DNA of 63,513 bases, counting the filler, from Ionaspis alba (lineage: Eukaryota), in the NCBI GenBank assembly GCA_964255285.1. It is 3 parts of 3 records of this genome, joined end to end, with 100 filler letters (N's around TTAATTAATTAA, not from the genome) between each part and the next. Parts side by side here need not be neighbours in the genome. Positions count along the whole stretch, not along the records: positions 21,287 to 42,382 come from CAXUUL010000230.1; 2 more parts are not named here. One strand, 5' to 3'. This document shows positions 26,196 through 38,506 of the stretch, piece after piece. The stretch's first letter is position 1. Each line of letters starts with the position of its first letter. The position numbers were made by a program, and so were the translations under genes. The notes beneath the pieces were generated by a model that was not told the origin of the DNA, ran no database searches, and was given only the letters and a program-made list of their open reading frames with translations.

Positions 26196-26946
26196 GTGAT
26201 AACTATAAACATTCGAATGTATTTCTGACAAGAATCCGATCAACAGCAGCCGCCAGAATCGCGCTCAGCAGGTGAGATGCCGCGCTAAAACATGCAAAGA
26301 TACAGGATAACTTGGTGACGGCAACGCAGACACAAAACGTGAAACGCAAAGAGCAACCGACCGTTGGCGCGCCCAATGATCATTACATTCGAGCTCTGAT
26401 AGACGTTTGTCATCAAGCTCCGCCCCGCAAGCATCATTGGGTCGACAACAGCCAAGGGTGCCTTTGATCTTGCAGGCCACGCAGCATTGCTACTTTGCCT
26501 CGGAGGTGCATCGGCGCAATAATGCAGGTGGTAAGTCTCCTCCGTCAGTAAATGGACAGTCGGGATTATCATCCTGCACACCACACGCTATCCCGTAAAT
26601 TTACCAATGAAAATCCATATCACATTGTTACAGCTTATGGGGTGCATGCAGACAAATCTTGTGTCGCGCAATGCCGTGACGCCTCCACACCACCGCTGAT
26701 CCGCTCTTGTTCGCGAGGGGCAGGAAATGGCGGACCTGGAGGCTCCACATGGTGTAAAAAGAGATCGAGGTACCGCCGCACACCTGCTGTTCTGGCTCTC
26801 AGCCGTGGTGTATGATATCTCAAATGTTCTCTGCAAGTGGCGATTGATCCACTTCTCACATTACATCCACGTTGTCCTATAGTTTGTTGGTTTGATTGGA
26901 GCGCAAAATACATTGTGTAACTTCAATATCTTCACTGAAGACTTCA

Positions 26947-28252
26947 ATGGGTGCCATCAACAGTGCAAATGATTCAAAAGGCATTGCCTTTATTGTTGTC
27001 GACGTTGTGTTTACTGTTCTAGCTGGCATTGCTGTTGGCCTACGGCTTTGGGCTCGAAAGCTCAAAAGATGCCCGCTGGCTTTGAATGATTATGCCGTCA
27101 TCTTTGGCCTAGTACGAGGTCTTCACTCTTGTGATCAAGGTCCGTTCTGACGATCTTCCAGATTTGTACGATCGGACTGGTTTCTTGCCAGATAGCAGCC
27201 GTTGTCGATGGTGGCACTGGTCAACATCTCCAGGATGCAGGTCTGGAGGCACTCACAGTGTTGCTCAAGGTACACTCTAATTTAGCCAATTTCAATGTTT
27301 TGATGGCAGTCTGACAAAGAAATCCAGCTCTATGTTCCGTCAGAAATTCTTTGGGCGCTCGCCAATACTGGCGTCAAGATCTCCATCCTCCACCTCTATA
27401 TAAGCATCTTCCGTCACAGAACTTTCCGGATGATCGCCTATGGCGTCGCTGCGCTCACGATAAGTTACTGCCTCATGGTTATTCTCGAAGCTTTCCTGTT
27501 GTGTCAGCCACTCGCCTTCAATTGGGACAAGACAATTCCTGGAGGATTCTGCGCGAATCAGCAGTCAGCATACATATCAGCCGGCATTATCAACTTGATC
27601 ATTGACGTGACGATCATTGTTCTGCCTATGCCCATGTTGTGGGGCTTGCAGATGGCCTTTATGAGAAAGGTTGCTCTCACAGGCATTTTCTCAATCGGAG
27701 CATTGTGAGTAGCCCCTTCGGAATGCATGTTGGCAAGAAGAATCATGTGCTGATCGTTGCAATAGTATTTGCATAATCACAATATTGCGCATTATCGCGA
27801 TCCAGAATCTAGATGTGGTCGACTTCACCTACAGCTCCACAGACGTCGGCATCTGGACCGCCCTCGAGCCATGTCTCGGTATAGCCAACGCCTGTCTTCC
27901 GGTATTGCAGCCTGTTATATCGAAACTCGCTGGGCTACCAATTGTCGCCTGGTCGAGAGCCAAAGGCAGCACTCGAGGCGAGGCCGACAAGCAGAAGCTC
28001 TGGAGTGGTGATTCCCACAAATTCCCATCGCGCAACAACGACTCCCGCCAAAGGGACATGATCCGCCTGCATGGCAAACCATATGACGCTTCTGACAGTG
28101 CCACTGTCCAGTTCATTTCTCACGATAGGGACCACAATTCGGATATTGATCTGGAACAGCAACGCCCACCACCCGCGTACCGAGGTGACGGGTCGCTGGG
28201 CAATATCAAGGTGACGCGGGACTGGACCATACAGACGAATGACAGGCTGTAG
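26947..28252 (+). CDS. PTH11/SAT4-like fungal rhodopsin-domain 7TM protein without CFEM (4 exons)
   Basis: AVGLRLWAR...NDY, VKISILHLY, CQPLAFNWDKTIPGGFC, DVTIIVLPMPMLWGLQM..RK, WTALEPCLGIANACLPVL. Confidence 0.88.
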
Positions 28253-29737
28253 TTTCTGAGACAGACTATTCCCTAGTGTAATATTGCGGACGGAGCAGCT
28301 ATATCGTTTTGAGATACCTTTTCCACCTCAAGCATGATTAATATGTGGCACGGTCGAGCCGTCACGTTAGTCTGCATGACCTTCTCATCAAACTGTGTCA
28401 ACCCAACCAGGAAGATCTGGGATAGGGCTCCTTCCCTTCAAGTAAATGGCATCCGGCCAACGCTCACCACACCCATTTCGACTCAGCCAATATTGATGAT
28501 CTTTTATACCATGTTTAGCGTGAAACCTACCAGCCTCTTGGCAGCCACACTTTAACAAGCGAGCGATTAGACTTCTGTGCCTGCCGCCACGCCATCCGCC
28601 AACCGCTATGGAGGGTGTGTATATATCAATCTTACTTCAGTAACGTCTGAGGGTCCCGCTCGGCCCGTTCCTTCTGTGGATCGTTAGCCTATCTAATATC
28701 GCTTGCAGATTCATGACGAGTCGGTTCATTATGCCATGCATGTCTAGCTGCATGCTTCATGAAGATAATGCCGAATTACGTATGGTATTTGTGCGCATAT
28801 ATTCGAAGAGCACTTTGCTTGCCTTGATCGTAGTACACAGCAGAGAATACGATGTGGATTTGATTGGCACTCTTCATCATGTGTCTTCTAAGCACTACTA
28901 CCGCCAAGAGGCTGCCGCGCAGGGATTCCCTTTCCGTTCCAACGGTTGCCTGAGTCTTAGAAATGTCGGAGATGACGGGAATTAGGAGGATCCTGAAAGA
29001 TGGCAGAGATATCCCGGCGTGGGGGCCATGTGATAAATGGAGATCCTTCAAAGCCCCATCCATATAAATCCTCGCGAATTGTTGGCCCAGAACATTTGCG
29101 GCACACACCCGGAGTTTTACTCCACAGATGGATCATGCCGGATAGCGGGTCTTCATGCAGGAAATTATTTGAAGTTTTCTCGAAGGCTGTGAGATCCTGC
29201 AGGACCATCCGCCATCCTTATGGGAAAGGGAACTTTACAGTCAGACCACTGCCCAGGGAATCCAAGACGATCCTTCACAAGCTCGTGGACACAGGTAATT
29301 GGTGAAAGCTGGCGTACATAGGATCACCCATGCCGTCTAGATTGGAGCAAGATAACTTCTCGAGAGGCTGTGGGACCAGGCAAACACTTTGCCAGCTTCC
29401 GAGACGGGTGTATCCTGGTCTCGAGCTACCCGAGGATAGGTCAATGCTGAGAATATATCTCGCCAGTCTGGACAGGGAGTACGAGGATCATTGCCGCTCG
29501 ATTGCAGTGGAAACTTGGTAAGGAGCAGGAATCACAGGCGCACAGGTATTGGTGGCGAGCACGGACTCGCTCCCGGTTTCCTCTTAAAGTCGAATCCGAC
29601 ATCAAAGTTATTTGATACGATGACCCTGAACTTCTGGAGCCGAGGATTTCTCTAACTCTGCAGGACAAAACTCCGAGAATTTGACGATGCAGCAACACTC
29701 TTGGAGATCTCAAACGGAGAGAAGCAATTGGAGCAGC

Positions 29738-30770
29738 ATGAAGTACATAATCAAAGGCGAGCTGCAGGTACGAAACATTATTTGCGATCACGACGTCAGT
29801 CGTGTAGGACGTTTGAAAGACTAGCCAGAGAAGAGACTGACAATTCTGCAAGAAAATCTCACCATACATCCGGTCTCCTCGACCACTCTTATACCATGCC
29901 AATACAGTATGGCTCTTCACATTCAGCGACCTCAAAACCATCGTTGGTCCCAAGACAGTATTCGGGACTGTCAGTGCATTGTCCGGGCCGATGCTCATGA
30001 CCAATTCACCTTCTTCGCCACTCGACATTATCCATCGGATACCACTAGTCACGCTTTGGATATGGATCAACCTCCTCCCTTTTGCCATGGACAATCAAAG
30101 GCAGCAAACAGCCATTGAGGAAGATCAGCTTAACAAGCCATGGAGACCGCTACCTTCGAGACGAATCACCTCAACACAAACTCAAACACTAATGTGGATG
30201 CTGTATCCCATTGCATTCCTGGCAAGTACCTTTCTTGGCGGGACGAAACAGTGTGTTTCCTTGATGTTCCTGGGCTACTGGTATAATGACCTCGAAGGCG
30301 CGGACAAAAGCTGCATTATCCGCAACTTTATCAACGCATGCGGTTTCCTCAGCTTCGCTTCTGGAGCCCTGGAAGTTGCACTTGGTGCTTCGAAAACTTC
30401 GCTGAATGCAACGGCATACCAATGGTTACTGATTGTCGGCGCCATCGTTTTCTCGACTGTTCAGATGCAGGATATTCCTGATCAAGCGGGCGATAGGCTT
30501 CGAGGACGCTGGACTGTTCCATTGGTCGTCGGAGACACTGTCTCGAGGTGGACTGTCGCCGTCCCTGTGGCCATTTGGTCACTTTTCGCTCCCTCGTTTT
30601 GGCAACTTGGAATCCGTGCATTTGTGATTCCAGTGGTCTTGGCTATCATCATCGTTCGAAGAGTGCTATCGAAGAAAGAGGTGAAGGACGACAAGCGAAC
30701 TTTTCGAATATGGAATCTGTGGATAGCTTATATGTACTTCTTGCCTCTGATCAAGTCATTGAGTATATAG
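29738..30770 (+). CDS. UbiA-superfamily membrane terpene cyclase/prenyltransferase, Fma-TC-like (exon 1 29738-29767, intron 29768-29852)
   Basis: YHANTVWLFTFSDLKTIV; Asp-rich motif 1 NQRQQTAIEEDQLNKPWRPLPSRR; WYNDL; motif 2 QDIPDQAGDRLRGRWTVP; about 8 hydrophobic segments. Exon 1 is inferred (AAG acceptor). Confidence 0.85.
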
Positions 30771-31255
30771 CGCGTCATTGTCCCAGGTCAATACAATATC
30801 ACAATCTTGTCCACTTTCACACAGGCTCTCCTCTGCGACGGTCGAAATAAAGTGAGGCGTAACGCCTTCATACATGCAGTCAGATTGCATATTTTAGGAT
30901 ATAATTATAGCAGTTGTAAGACACTTTGTGTAACAGTCGGCAAAACGAAAACCCACATCCTGACCTCTGACACCAGTAAGTGCCGAGCCTGCGCCATCCT
31001 AGTACGAGTATGAAGCCATTGGAGATTTTGCAATCCTTCCCAGCGCAAATGGAAAAAAAGTATCTCGGGGACTCGCAACGGCATTTCCCGAGTGTTCAGT
31101 CATGTAGTAGTTGGCTAGCATGGCCTAATGGCGGCAATATCCAGGTACCATTAATAATGCGGGGCCATTTCCGGTCTACCACCTATCGATCTTCGATCTG
31201 GCTCTGATAACGTCTTCTCCGTCCTTGCAACCATAGATCCATCTCGTCCGTAGGT

Positions 31256-32592
31256 ATGGCCACCGCCCCTCCACCCCTCGCCGACCCGGCCGCCCAAGTC
31301 GCTCACGTCGAAGTCGACAACGACTTTGAAAACGACAGCACCTACTCCGACTCCGACACCGCCTCTACGGACCTAACCTCCTTATCTTCATCCGTAACAG
31401 CCTACAAATGGGAGAATGGTCGTCGCTACCATGCCTTCAAGGAGGGGCAATACCTCATCCCCAACGACGAGCAAGAAATGGAGCGTGAGGACATGAAACA
31501 CCATTGGGCGTATCTTATCGCAAACGACCGCCTGCATCTAGCACCCATTGCGGAAGCGGCGAAAAGTGGGAAAGGTGCCGATGGCGGTGAATTCCGGATA
31601 CTGGATTGCGGGACGGGAACAGGTATCTGGCCCATCGAGATGGCCGACACGTATCCATTGGCGCAGATTGTGGGAGCAGATTTAAGTCCTATCCAGCCAA
31701 CTTGGTAGGTTCTTCCATATCAATTGCAGAGGAGACGTGAGAGAGAGGTGGAGAGGGATGAACTTTGAAACGGACACAGAGTACTAATACGCGAATCGGG
31801 TCGCAGGGTTCCTCCCAACGTCTCCTTCGAAGTCAACGACGTCGAATCCGACTGGGTGTACGGAAACAACGCCTTCGACTTCATCCACATCCGCTTTATG
31901 GCCTTCGCTATCCGCAATTGGCCTCGGTTCCTCCAGCAAGCCTACGAGTGAGTCCCCTCCCTCTCCGCGTACGATTCTCTCGATCCTTCGACTTCCAAGC
32001 AAAGCTTCAAACTAGAGATGCCATCAGCTGAACATGGCTTTTACCTCATGAATAGCGCTCTCAAACCAGGCGGCTACTTGGAAATCGCCGATCTCAAAAC
32101 CCCGCCTCTCTCCGACGACAACTCCATCCCCAACCCGTCCTACGTCATGGAATTCTTCCACCATCTGACGACCGGTACGCAGAAAGTTGGTCTCAGCATC
32201 GAAAACATCACCATCCTAAAGTCCCAACTCATCGAAGCCGGCTTCCCTGAATCCGCGATTCAGACCGAGATGTTCAAGCTGCCAATTGGAGGCTGGCCGA
32301 AGGATAGGAGGCTGAAAGAGGCGGGTGTGTTTGAGATGGAGACGTTGCAGGGTGGGTTGCAAAGTATTGGCATGGGCTTTTTTACGAGGGTGTTGGGGTG
32401 GAGTGTGGAGCAGGTGGAGGTGTTCTTTGTGAGGGTTAGGAAGGAGTTTGATGATAAGAAGATTCATATGTGGTTGCCGATGTGAGGATTTCTCTTTTTC
32501 GCACTTGTAGAGGGAGGAAGGCGAAAGAAGCTAATGGTGGTAATAGGCATTTCTTTTGGGTGCAGAAACCATTGGATGCAAGATCCGAGTAA
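31256..32592 (+). CDS. LaeA-like (Methyltransf_23-type) SAM-dependent methyltransferase (4 exons)
   Basis: ENGRRYH, PNDEQEMEREDMKH, ILDCGTGTGIW, DLSPIQPTW/VPPNVSFEV, FDFIHIR, LKPGGYLE, PIGGWPKD, WVQKP. Confidence 0.9.
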
Positions 32593-32702
32593 GCGTGAGC
32601 TCGTCGAGAGGCTATGATGTCTGTAACGGCCTTCTGGAGGAACTATCTGCAGCTTTATGAGATATATTGGCTACGATTATGAAAATAAGGTGTGGTACTT
32701 TT

Positions 32703-32802
32703 NNNNNNNNNNNNNNNNNNNNNNNNNNNNNNNNNNNNNNNNNNNNNNNNNNNNNNNNNNNNNNNNNNNNNNNNNNNNNNNNNNNNNNNNNNNNNNNNNN
32801 NN
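32703..32802. other. 100-N assembly gap flanked by a duplicated 42-nt overlap
   Basis: 32661-32702 is identical to 32803-32844 (gatatattggctacgattatgaaaataaggtgtggtactttt). Confidence 0.9.
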
Positions 32803-33239
32803 GATATATTGGCTACGATTATGAAAATAAGGTGTGGTACTTTTGCACGTGCTCCATGGAGGATTCTTGGTTTTCAAGGAGTAGACCCATAGCTATGAAT
32901 GAAATGTACAACTTCGATTGAACGCTGTTTGCCGTAGCAACAAAATGTTAATTGGAAAGTTCGTTCTGGGAAAAAAGAAGTAAGATTTATCACTCTGATC
33001 AATTGATTCCTATTCGTCCTCCGACCAGTTCTTTCACTTTCTAAGACTCTTCGAATATGAGCTACGCCACCCTTATGCCCATATGTAACACAAACCATGC
33101 TCATGGCAGAAACTAGCGCCAGTTTGGAACAACACCTATGTATACATGCATGCCCATGCCTCGCTCATCTGCGTAGAACAAATCACCTACCTAACCATCC
33201 AGCCCGCGAGCAATATCGCTCCTACCTGAATACCCACCT

Positions 33240-36200
33240 TCACTTGACCTCCACGGTGTCCTGGCTTGAACTGGGCCGTATCCTCTTCGTCTCCCTATCT
33301 GCACCCGCTGACCCGCTTCCCGGCCTCTTCGCCTTCTCCCGCTTATGTTCCTCTGCTCGCACCAACCTCCTAGCCTCTTTATCCTTGCGCTCGTTCTCAC
33401 GACGAAGAGCCTTGGATTCGAATTCGTGCCAATCGCCTTCGAGATCCTTGAGCCTACGGCAAAGACAAGAAGAGTCAGCACGCGATATCGTGGCCGCAGC
33501 AGTAAAAGTCTCGAACTTGAAACTGGTGGACTAGCGCATAGAGAAAGGGAAAGAAATGACTTACTCAACAACCTGTGCCGGCGCCGGCTCCTCCGTCGTA
33601 AAGTACGGATGCTCCAGCACATCGCCAGCAGTTGGCCGCTTCGCCGGATCATACAGAAACATAGCCTGCAGGAGCTCAAAAGCAGCCGGTGTCAATCTCT
33701 CGCGGTACTTGTCCGCAAAAACGTTTGATTTGCGTTCCGTCGGCCGTAAAAGTTCAAACCAAGCCATATCGACCAGCCCGGGCCATTCAGCACGTGTCGG
33801 TGTCCCGAGAACGTTGTAGACCTTCTCGAGCTGGTTGATCTCTCCGCCGTCGCCGGGGAAGATGGCGTGCTTGGTGAAGATCTCGATGAGCACGCAGGCT
33901 GCGCTCCAGATATCGACGGCAGGACCGTATTGCGTTTCGCCGAGGAGGAGTTCGGGGGGGCGATACCAGATGGTGATGACACGGTTGGTGTAATCGAGCT
34001 GACGGCGCTTTGCGTAGAAGCGGGCGAGGCCGAAGTCAGCAAGTTTAAGCTGGCCCGTGTTGCTGACAAGGATGTTGGCGGCTTTGATATCGCGGTGCAG
34101 GACACCTCTGCGATGGAGGTAATCGAGACCTTCGAAGAGCTGTTTGGCGAGGTGTTTTTTGTGAGCGTGTGAGAGCTGGAAGGTTGGGTGATTGAGAAGA
34201 CCAGTAAGATCGTGAGAGAGATATTCGAAGACCATGAAGCAGTCGTTCTTTTCCACCATTACTTCTTGGAGACTGACGACATTTTCGTGTCTGAGAGATT
34301 GGAGGAGTTTGATTTCTCGGACAGCGGTGACAGGGAAGCCATCCTTTTCGCCTTCCATGCGGATCTTTTTGAGGGCGACGAGACTCTTGGTGTACACATG
34401 GATGGCCTTGAACACCTTTCCGTATGTACCTGAGCCAACAACAGACTCGTTACCAGGTTTCCGATAGTAGACGGAATCTGAGGCTGCAAAGTCCGTAGGT
34501 AGTGTAGGTCGAGGCTTGAGCCTCCTCATTATTTTCTTCTCCATCTTGGGCTCTGGTGTTACTACTCTAGCTCGTTCCTTAACAGGCCGACGCTCGTTAC
34601 GATGATCCGAGCGACGGTCATCTCGGTGATCACGGTCGCTCCGCCTGTCATCCTTGTAGCGGCTGTCATTCCTGTAATCACGATCTCGTCGGTCGTCTCT
34701 TCGGTCAGTACGATTGTCGTTTCGACGATCTGATCGTGATTTAGAAGAAATGGAGTCTTTGCCAGGCACAGACTTCTTCGTCGAGTGATCACTATGCACT
34801 TCCTTCTTAACAGGAGGAGGATCTTTCATTTTCTGAACGAGATCTGGTACAGGCTTCGCGGCTGGAGGGGGGGCAGGTTTGGCCTTGAACGCAAAACTGA
34901 ACTTTGAGCCCTCTTTCGACTGTTGTGAACCTTCCGAGGATTGGCGCTTTGGTGGAGGCATGTCTTTTGCCTCTGCAGAAGCTTCGTCTTCCATCTTGAC
35001 ATCCTTTGTACTCTGGTCTTCGACCTGTAAATTCTTGGACGGACGGAACGGGTTTTCATCTTCGACTGGAGGCGGTCCTGGCTTCTCCTCAATGCTCTGG
35101 GGTTGTGGAGCTGGAGGGCTTTGCGCTTGTGCGGGCTTGTGTTGTGATGAATTATGGCTTTGATCTGTTTGACCTCGACCACGAGTCCCCCCGCTTGCGG
35201 TCCACTGCAAGTTCTGAAAGTGCCCACCTCTTCCTCTCGGAGCTTGAATTCCATAGTTGGGAGGACCTGAGCCAGAAAATCGACGATCGGGGGTTTGACC
35301 GAAGTGACCCCCTCGCATGCCACCGTGACCTCCTCGGTAAGACGGACTCTGAAACCCAGGCTGCATTTGTTGAGGCGGACCTGGATACTGACCATGTTGA
35401 GCATTTGGGTAGAATTGTCCATGCGGTGTAGCATTGGGGGGAGGATAGCTGTTTTGTCGAAAGGGTGGAGAGTATGCATTCATAGGAGGACTAAGCTATC
35501 AGCATTATGGTATCAAAATATCAAGCAAATGAAATTCTTACCCTGGCTGGCCCTGGAAATGTTGCCCACCCCATCCGCCTCGACCGTGACTGTATGGCGA
35601 GCCCGACTGTGGAGATCCGTGATGCGATGAAGTGGGTGTCAAGAATTGCGGAGATGTAGCGTACGGTTGCCGTGTGTCGATGTGGTTTGGCCCCCGACGA
35701 TGGTTTGAGTGCATGTCATTGGCTTTCATGCCATGCATGGGAAATGCTTCACGTATGTGGGCATCTGCAGCACCGGTGCTATCATCAAAGCTTGGGATGG
35801 GCCGGGGTGGCGATGGTTGACGGGGTTGATCATCGAGGATAGATTGGATGGGACGAGTAGAGGACTGCATATTTGTTTCTTCTTTGCGACTTCGACGAGG
35901 TGCTGGAGAGGAATGGCGCGAAGATGTGTGTTGCTTTGGCTTGTTCACCAAATGCTTTAATGTTCGCGATTTCTGCTTGTCTGATCGCTTAGAAGACCTG
36001 GATGGTATTTCAGTGTCCTTGATTGGTGAAGTCTCACGTGAATAACGTCTGCGAGTGTTGAGAGGAGGCGATTGTTTCCGAACCCGTTCAGGAGAACCCC
36101 GTCGACTATCTTGGTGTCTGGTGTGGGCTTGATCTCGATGCCGTGGATGCCTGGCCGGTGAAGGGGAATGCCTACGAGATGGCTTCGGGCGGTACTCGTC

Positions 36201-37116
36201 ACGTAAATCTGGAGACCTTGAACGGACACGTCGTGACGATGGTATATATGAGTCGCGGATTGATCGATCCGATGGGTCAGAAATGCGGTCGCGCGATGGC
36301 AGGTAATGATCTCTCCTTGGTGAGTATAATGGAGAATAAGGCCTTTCTCGCCGCCTATCGCTGGCAAGTACACCCCTATCAGTATGCCGCGGACTAGGAC
36401 TCCTTCTCCTTTCGTAGTCGATGCGACGACTTCGACGATGCGGACTGATACTGCGAGGATCCCTGCTGATGCTCTTTATTGGAGAGAAATCTCTGTGACG
36501 ACTTCGCTTGATATGCCTCTCCTCGCTCAACTCCCTTGCACGTTTAGACCCCTCACCGTTCGCTCTCCGGGGCGGCGAAAGAGGTCGTGCCTTTCGAGCA
36601 GTCTTTACAGGGCTCGTGCTCCGGTCCCTATCCCTTGATGTATCGCGAGTAGAGTGATGAGCAGTAGCTCTACCCCTAATTTTCAGTCCCACGTCAGAGC
36701 TTCCTTCTATCGGCCTTGTGTGAATGGGCGAACGAGCACGGTGGCGTGATCTGTCTCGCTCTCTTCTGTCACGGTCGCTTCTCAGGTTGTCTTCAGCTCT
36801 CCACTGATCTCTCATCAATGGGCTCCGCCGCGACGCAGCCATGTAAACGCTGCAGACATTGGCAGTCAGAATGGGGAGAACTTCAAAGTGTCCGTCTTCG
36901 GCTCCTTTGGGTGTAGTGTCGCTTCGAATTCCGCCAAGGCCAGGACAAGGATTTTGCGTAACGGGGATCGAAAAAAGTAATAGTGTTGCCGCAGGGGGAG
37001 AAAACATACCTAATTTCATCACCATACCGATCGATATTTCTATCTCTATGATTCCCCTGCCAAATTTTGCCAGCACTACCTCGTGCTGCACGATCTTTTC
37101 GCTTTCCTCGGGTCAT
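33240..37116 (-). CDS. CTK1: RNA Pol II CTD kinase alpha subunit, Ctk1/Lsk1 (CDK12-like), with RS-rich N-terminus (4 exons)
   Basis: GSGTYGKV, GFPVTAVREIKLL, HRDIKAANIL, DFGLAR, YTNRVITIWYRPPELLLG; last exon LEGDWHEFESKALR. Alternative start ATG 36842. Confidence 0.9.
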
Positions 37117-38506
37117 TGTCGTTCTGCTCTACGAAGTTGTGCGACGAGGCGTTTTTCGACCGCGTCGAAGCCTAGCCACAACGAGGCAATTGCGCTCCAC
37201 CCGTAAAATGCCACGATTTGCCCTTTTTACAGTTCGACAATGTCCACCACCCTTTTGACCTCACGGCATGTCTATCTACGAGTTGCAAAAGGAGTGAAAG
37301 TAACAGCAAGCAAAGAACTCGGCCAGATGACCACGGCGAAGAGAGCGGCGAAGGCCGGATAGTCCACAGATGTCAGGCAGTGCTTAGAACTCTTCCTCAC
37401 TTCGGCCTCTTCTTGTCCATCCCAAGAGAGGAGCTCGTCGCTTCCAAACAGAAGCCGGACTTCCCGTAGTCTCAGAGCGATCATAAGAAACGCAAGATGG
37501 TGGTATTAAATCCCGTAGGCGTGAGGCGTGTGCGTATTATTGGGAATTTTGACGTACTCCAGCGTCTGAAAAGAGCGTGCCATATCGCTAACCAAGCGCC
37601 GCCATTAGTCGTATGGAATCTTGAACTGTTGTTGAACGAGGCCCTTTTGCAAGTCAGAGTTAGCTGGCATGGGGGCGCAATGTGCGAGGTGTTGTCCACT
37701 CTATGGGGTCCATGCCACGAACTGTAGCATCGTTAGGACTATTCCAGAACGGCACTTTCTGCTAATGTTTGGAAGCCGAAAAGGCTCGTTATCCATCAAA
37801 GAGAGTGCTCTGGTAATCCATCTGGTCCGTGCGGAAACCCTAGGATATCTTAGAAGTCGACTTTGGCCGGAGCATTGCCCGAAAGGCAGTTCAGCCAGCG
37901 GGCCGCCATCGGTGACAAGAAATGGCGGATGCGTTATTTTACCCCCAAATGATCACACAAAGTTGTAAGTTGTCGTCCGTTTTGTCGTTTTCCACATCCC
38001 TTCCCAGCCACGCATCAGCCACAGTCATTACCACATCTTGCGGTTGCCCTCTCTGGATCTATCACCAGAGAGATCCGACGGCCGCCGAAGCTACATAGAA
38101 GAAGTCGTGCACGAAAGTAACAGGAGACGGAGATAGCGCTTTGACTGTTGAAAGGCGCAGCTTCCTCAAATGAGGTTCACACTACAAGCGGGATACGCTA
38201 TTCTCTTTTCAGTCTCGCCTAGCTTTGGCTTGACATCTAACCTCCACGCTTCCAATCGACCACCACAACCTAACGCGATGGGATCCATACAGGTTACGAC
38301 GTCCAAGTACTGGGCTATTTAAGTGCTCAAGATCGAAGTTACAGACACGATAACAAATCTAGCAGCTTCAACTAGTACCGACAGCCTACACATATCATTC
38401 TTCAGATAATCATCTCCTGTTGCTCAGACTTAAAACCACTGCATATCCAAATCGAACACAAAATCTCATACGACCATGCCTTCAAGCACAACACATCTTC
38501 GCTGTA

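Noticed and set aside
28253..29737. Short ORFs in the 1.5-kb spacer before the UbiA gene as an extra cluster gene or pseudogene
   Set aside because: No recognisable motif in any listed frame; a tBLASTx search would be needed to exclude a degenerate remnant.
31256..32592. Calling the methyltransferase the global regulator LaeA
   Set aside because: The family has many paralogues per genome and orthology cannot be shown here. Its membership in the cluster is also the least certain of the five genes.
32661..32844. 42-nt direct repeat flanking Ns, resembling a target-site duplication, LTR or CRISPR repeat
   Set aside because: It is an exact overlap of contig ends across a placeholder gap, most simply an assembly artefact.
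33191..33679. 162-aa ORF as the CTK1 C-terminus or a separate gene
   Set aside because: Wrong frame; the real last exon reads LKDLEGDWHEFESK and stops at 33240.
37218..38470. Short ORFs divergent from CTK1
   Set aside because: No recognisable domain or convincing splice model.
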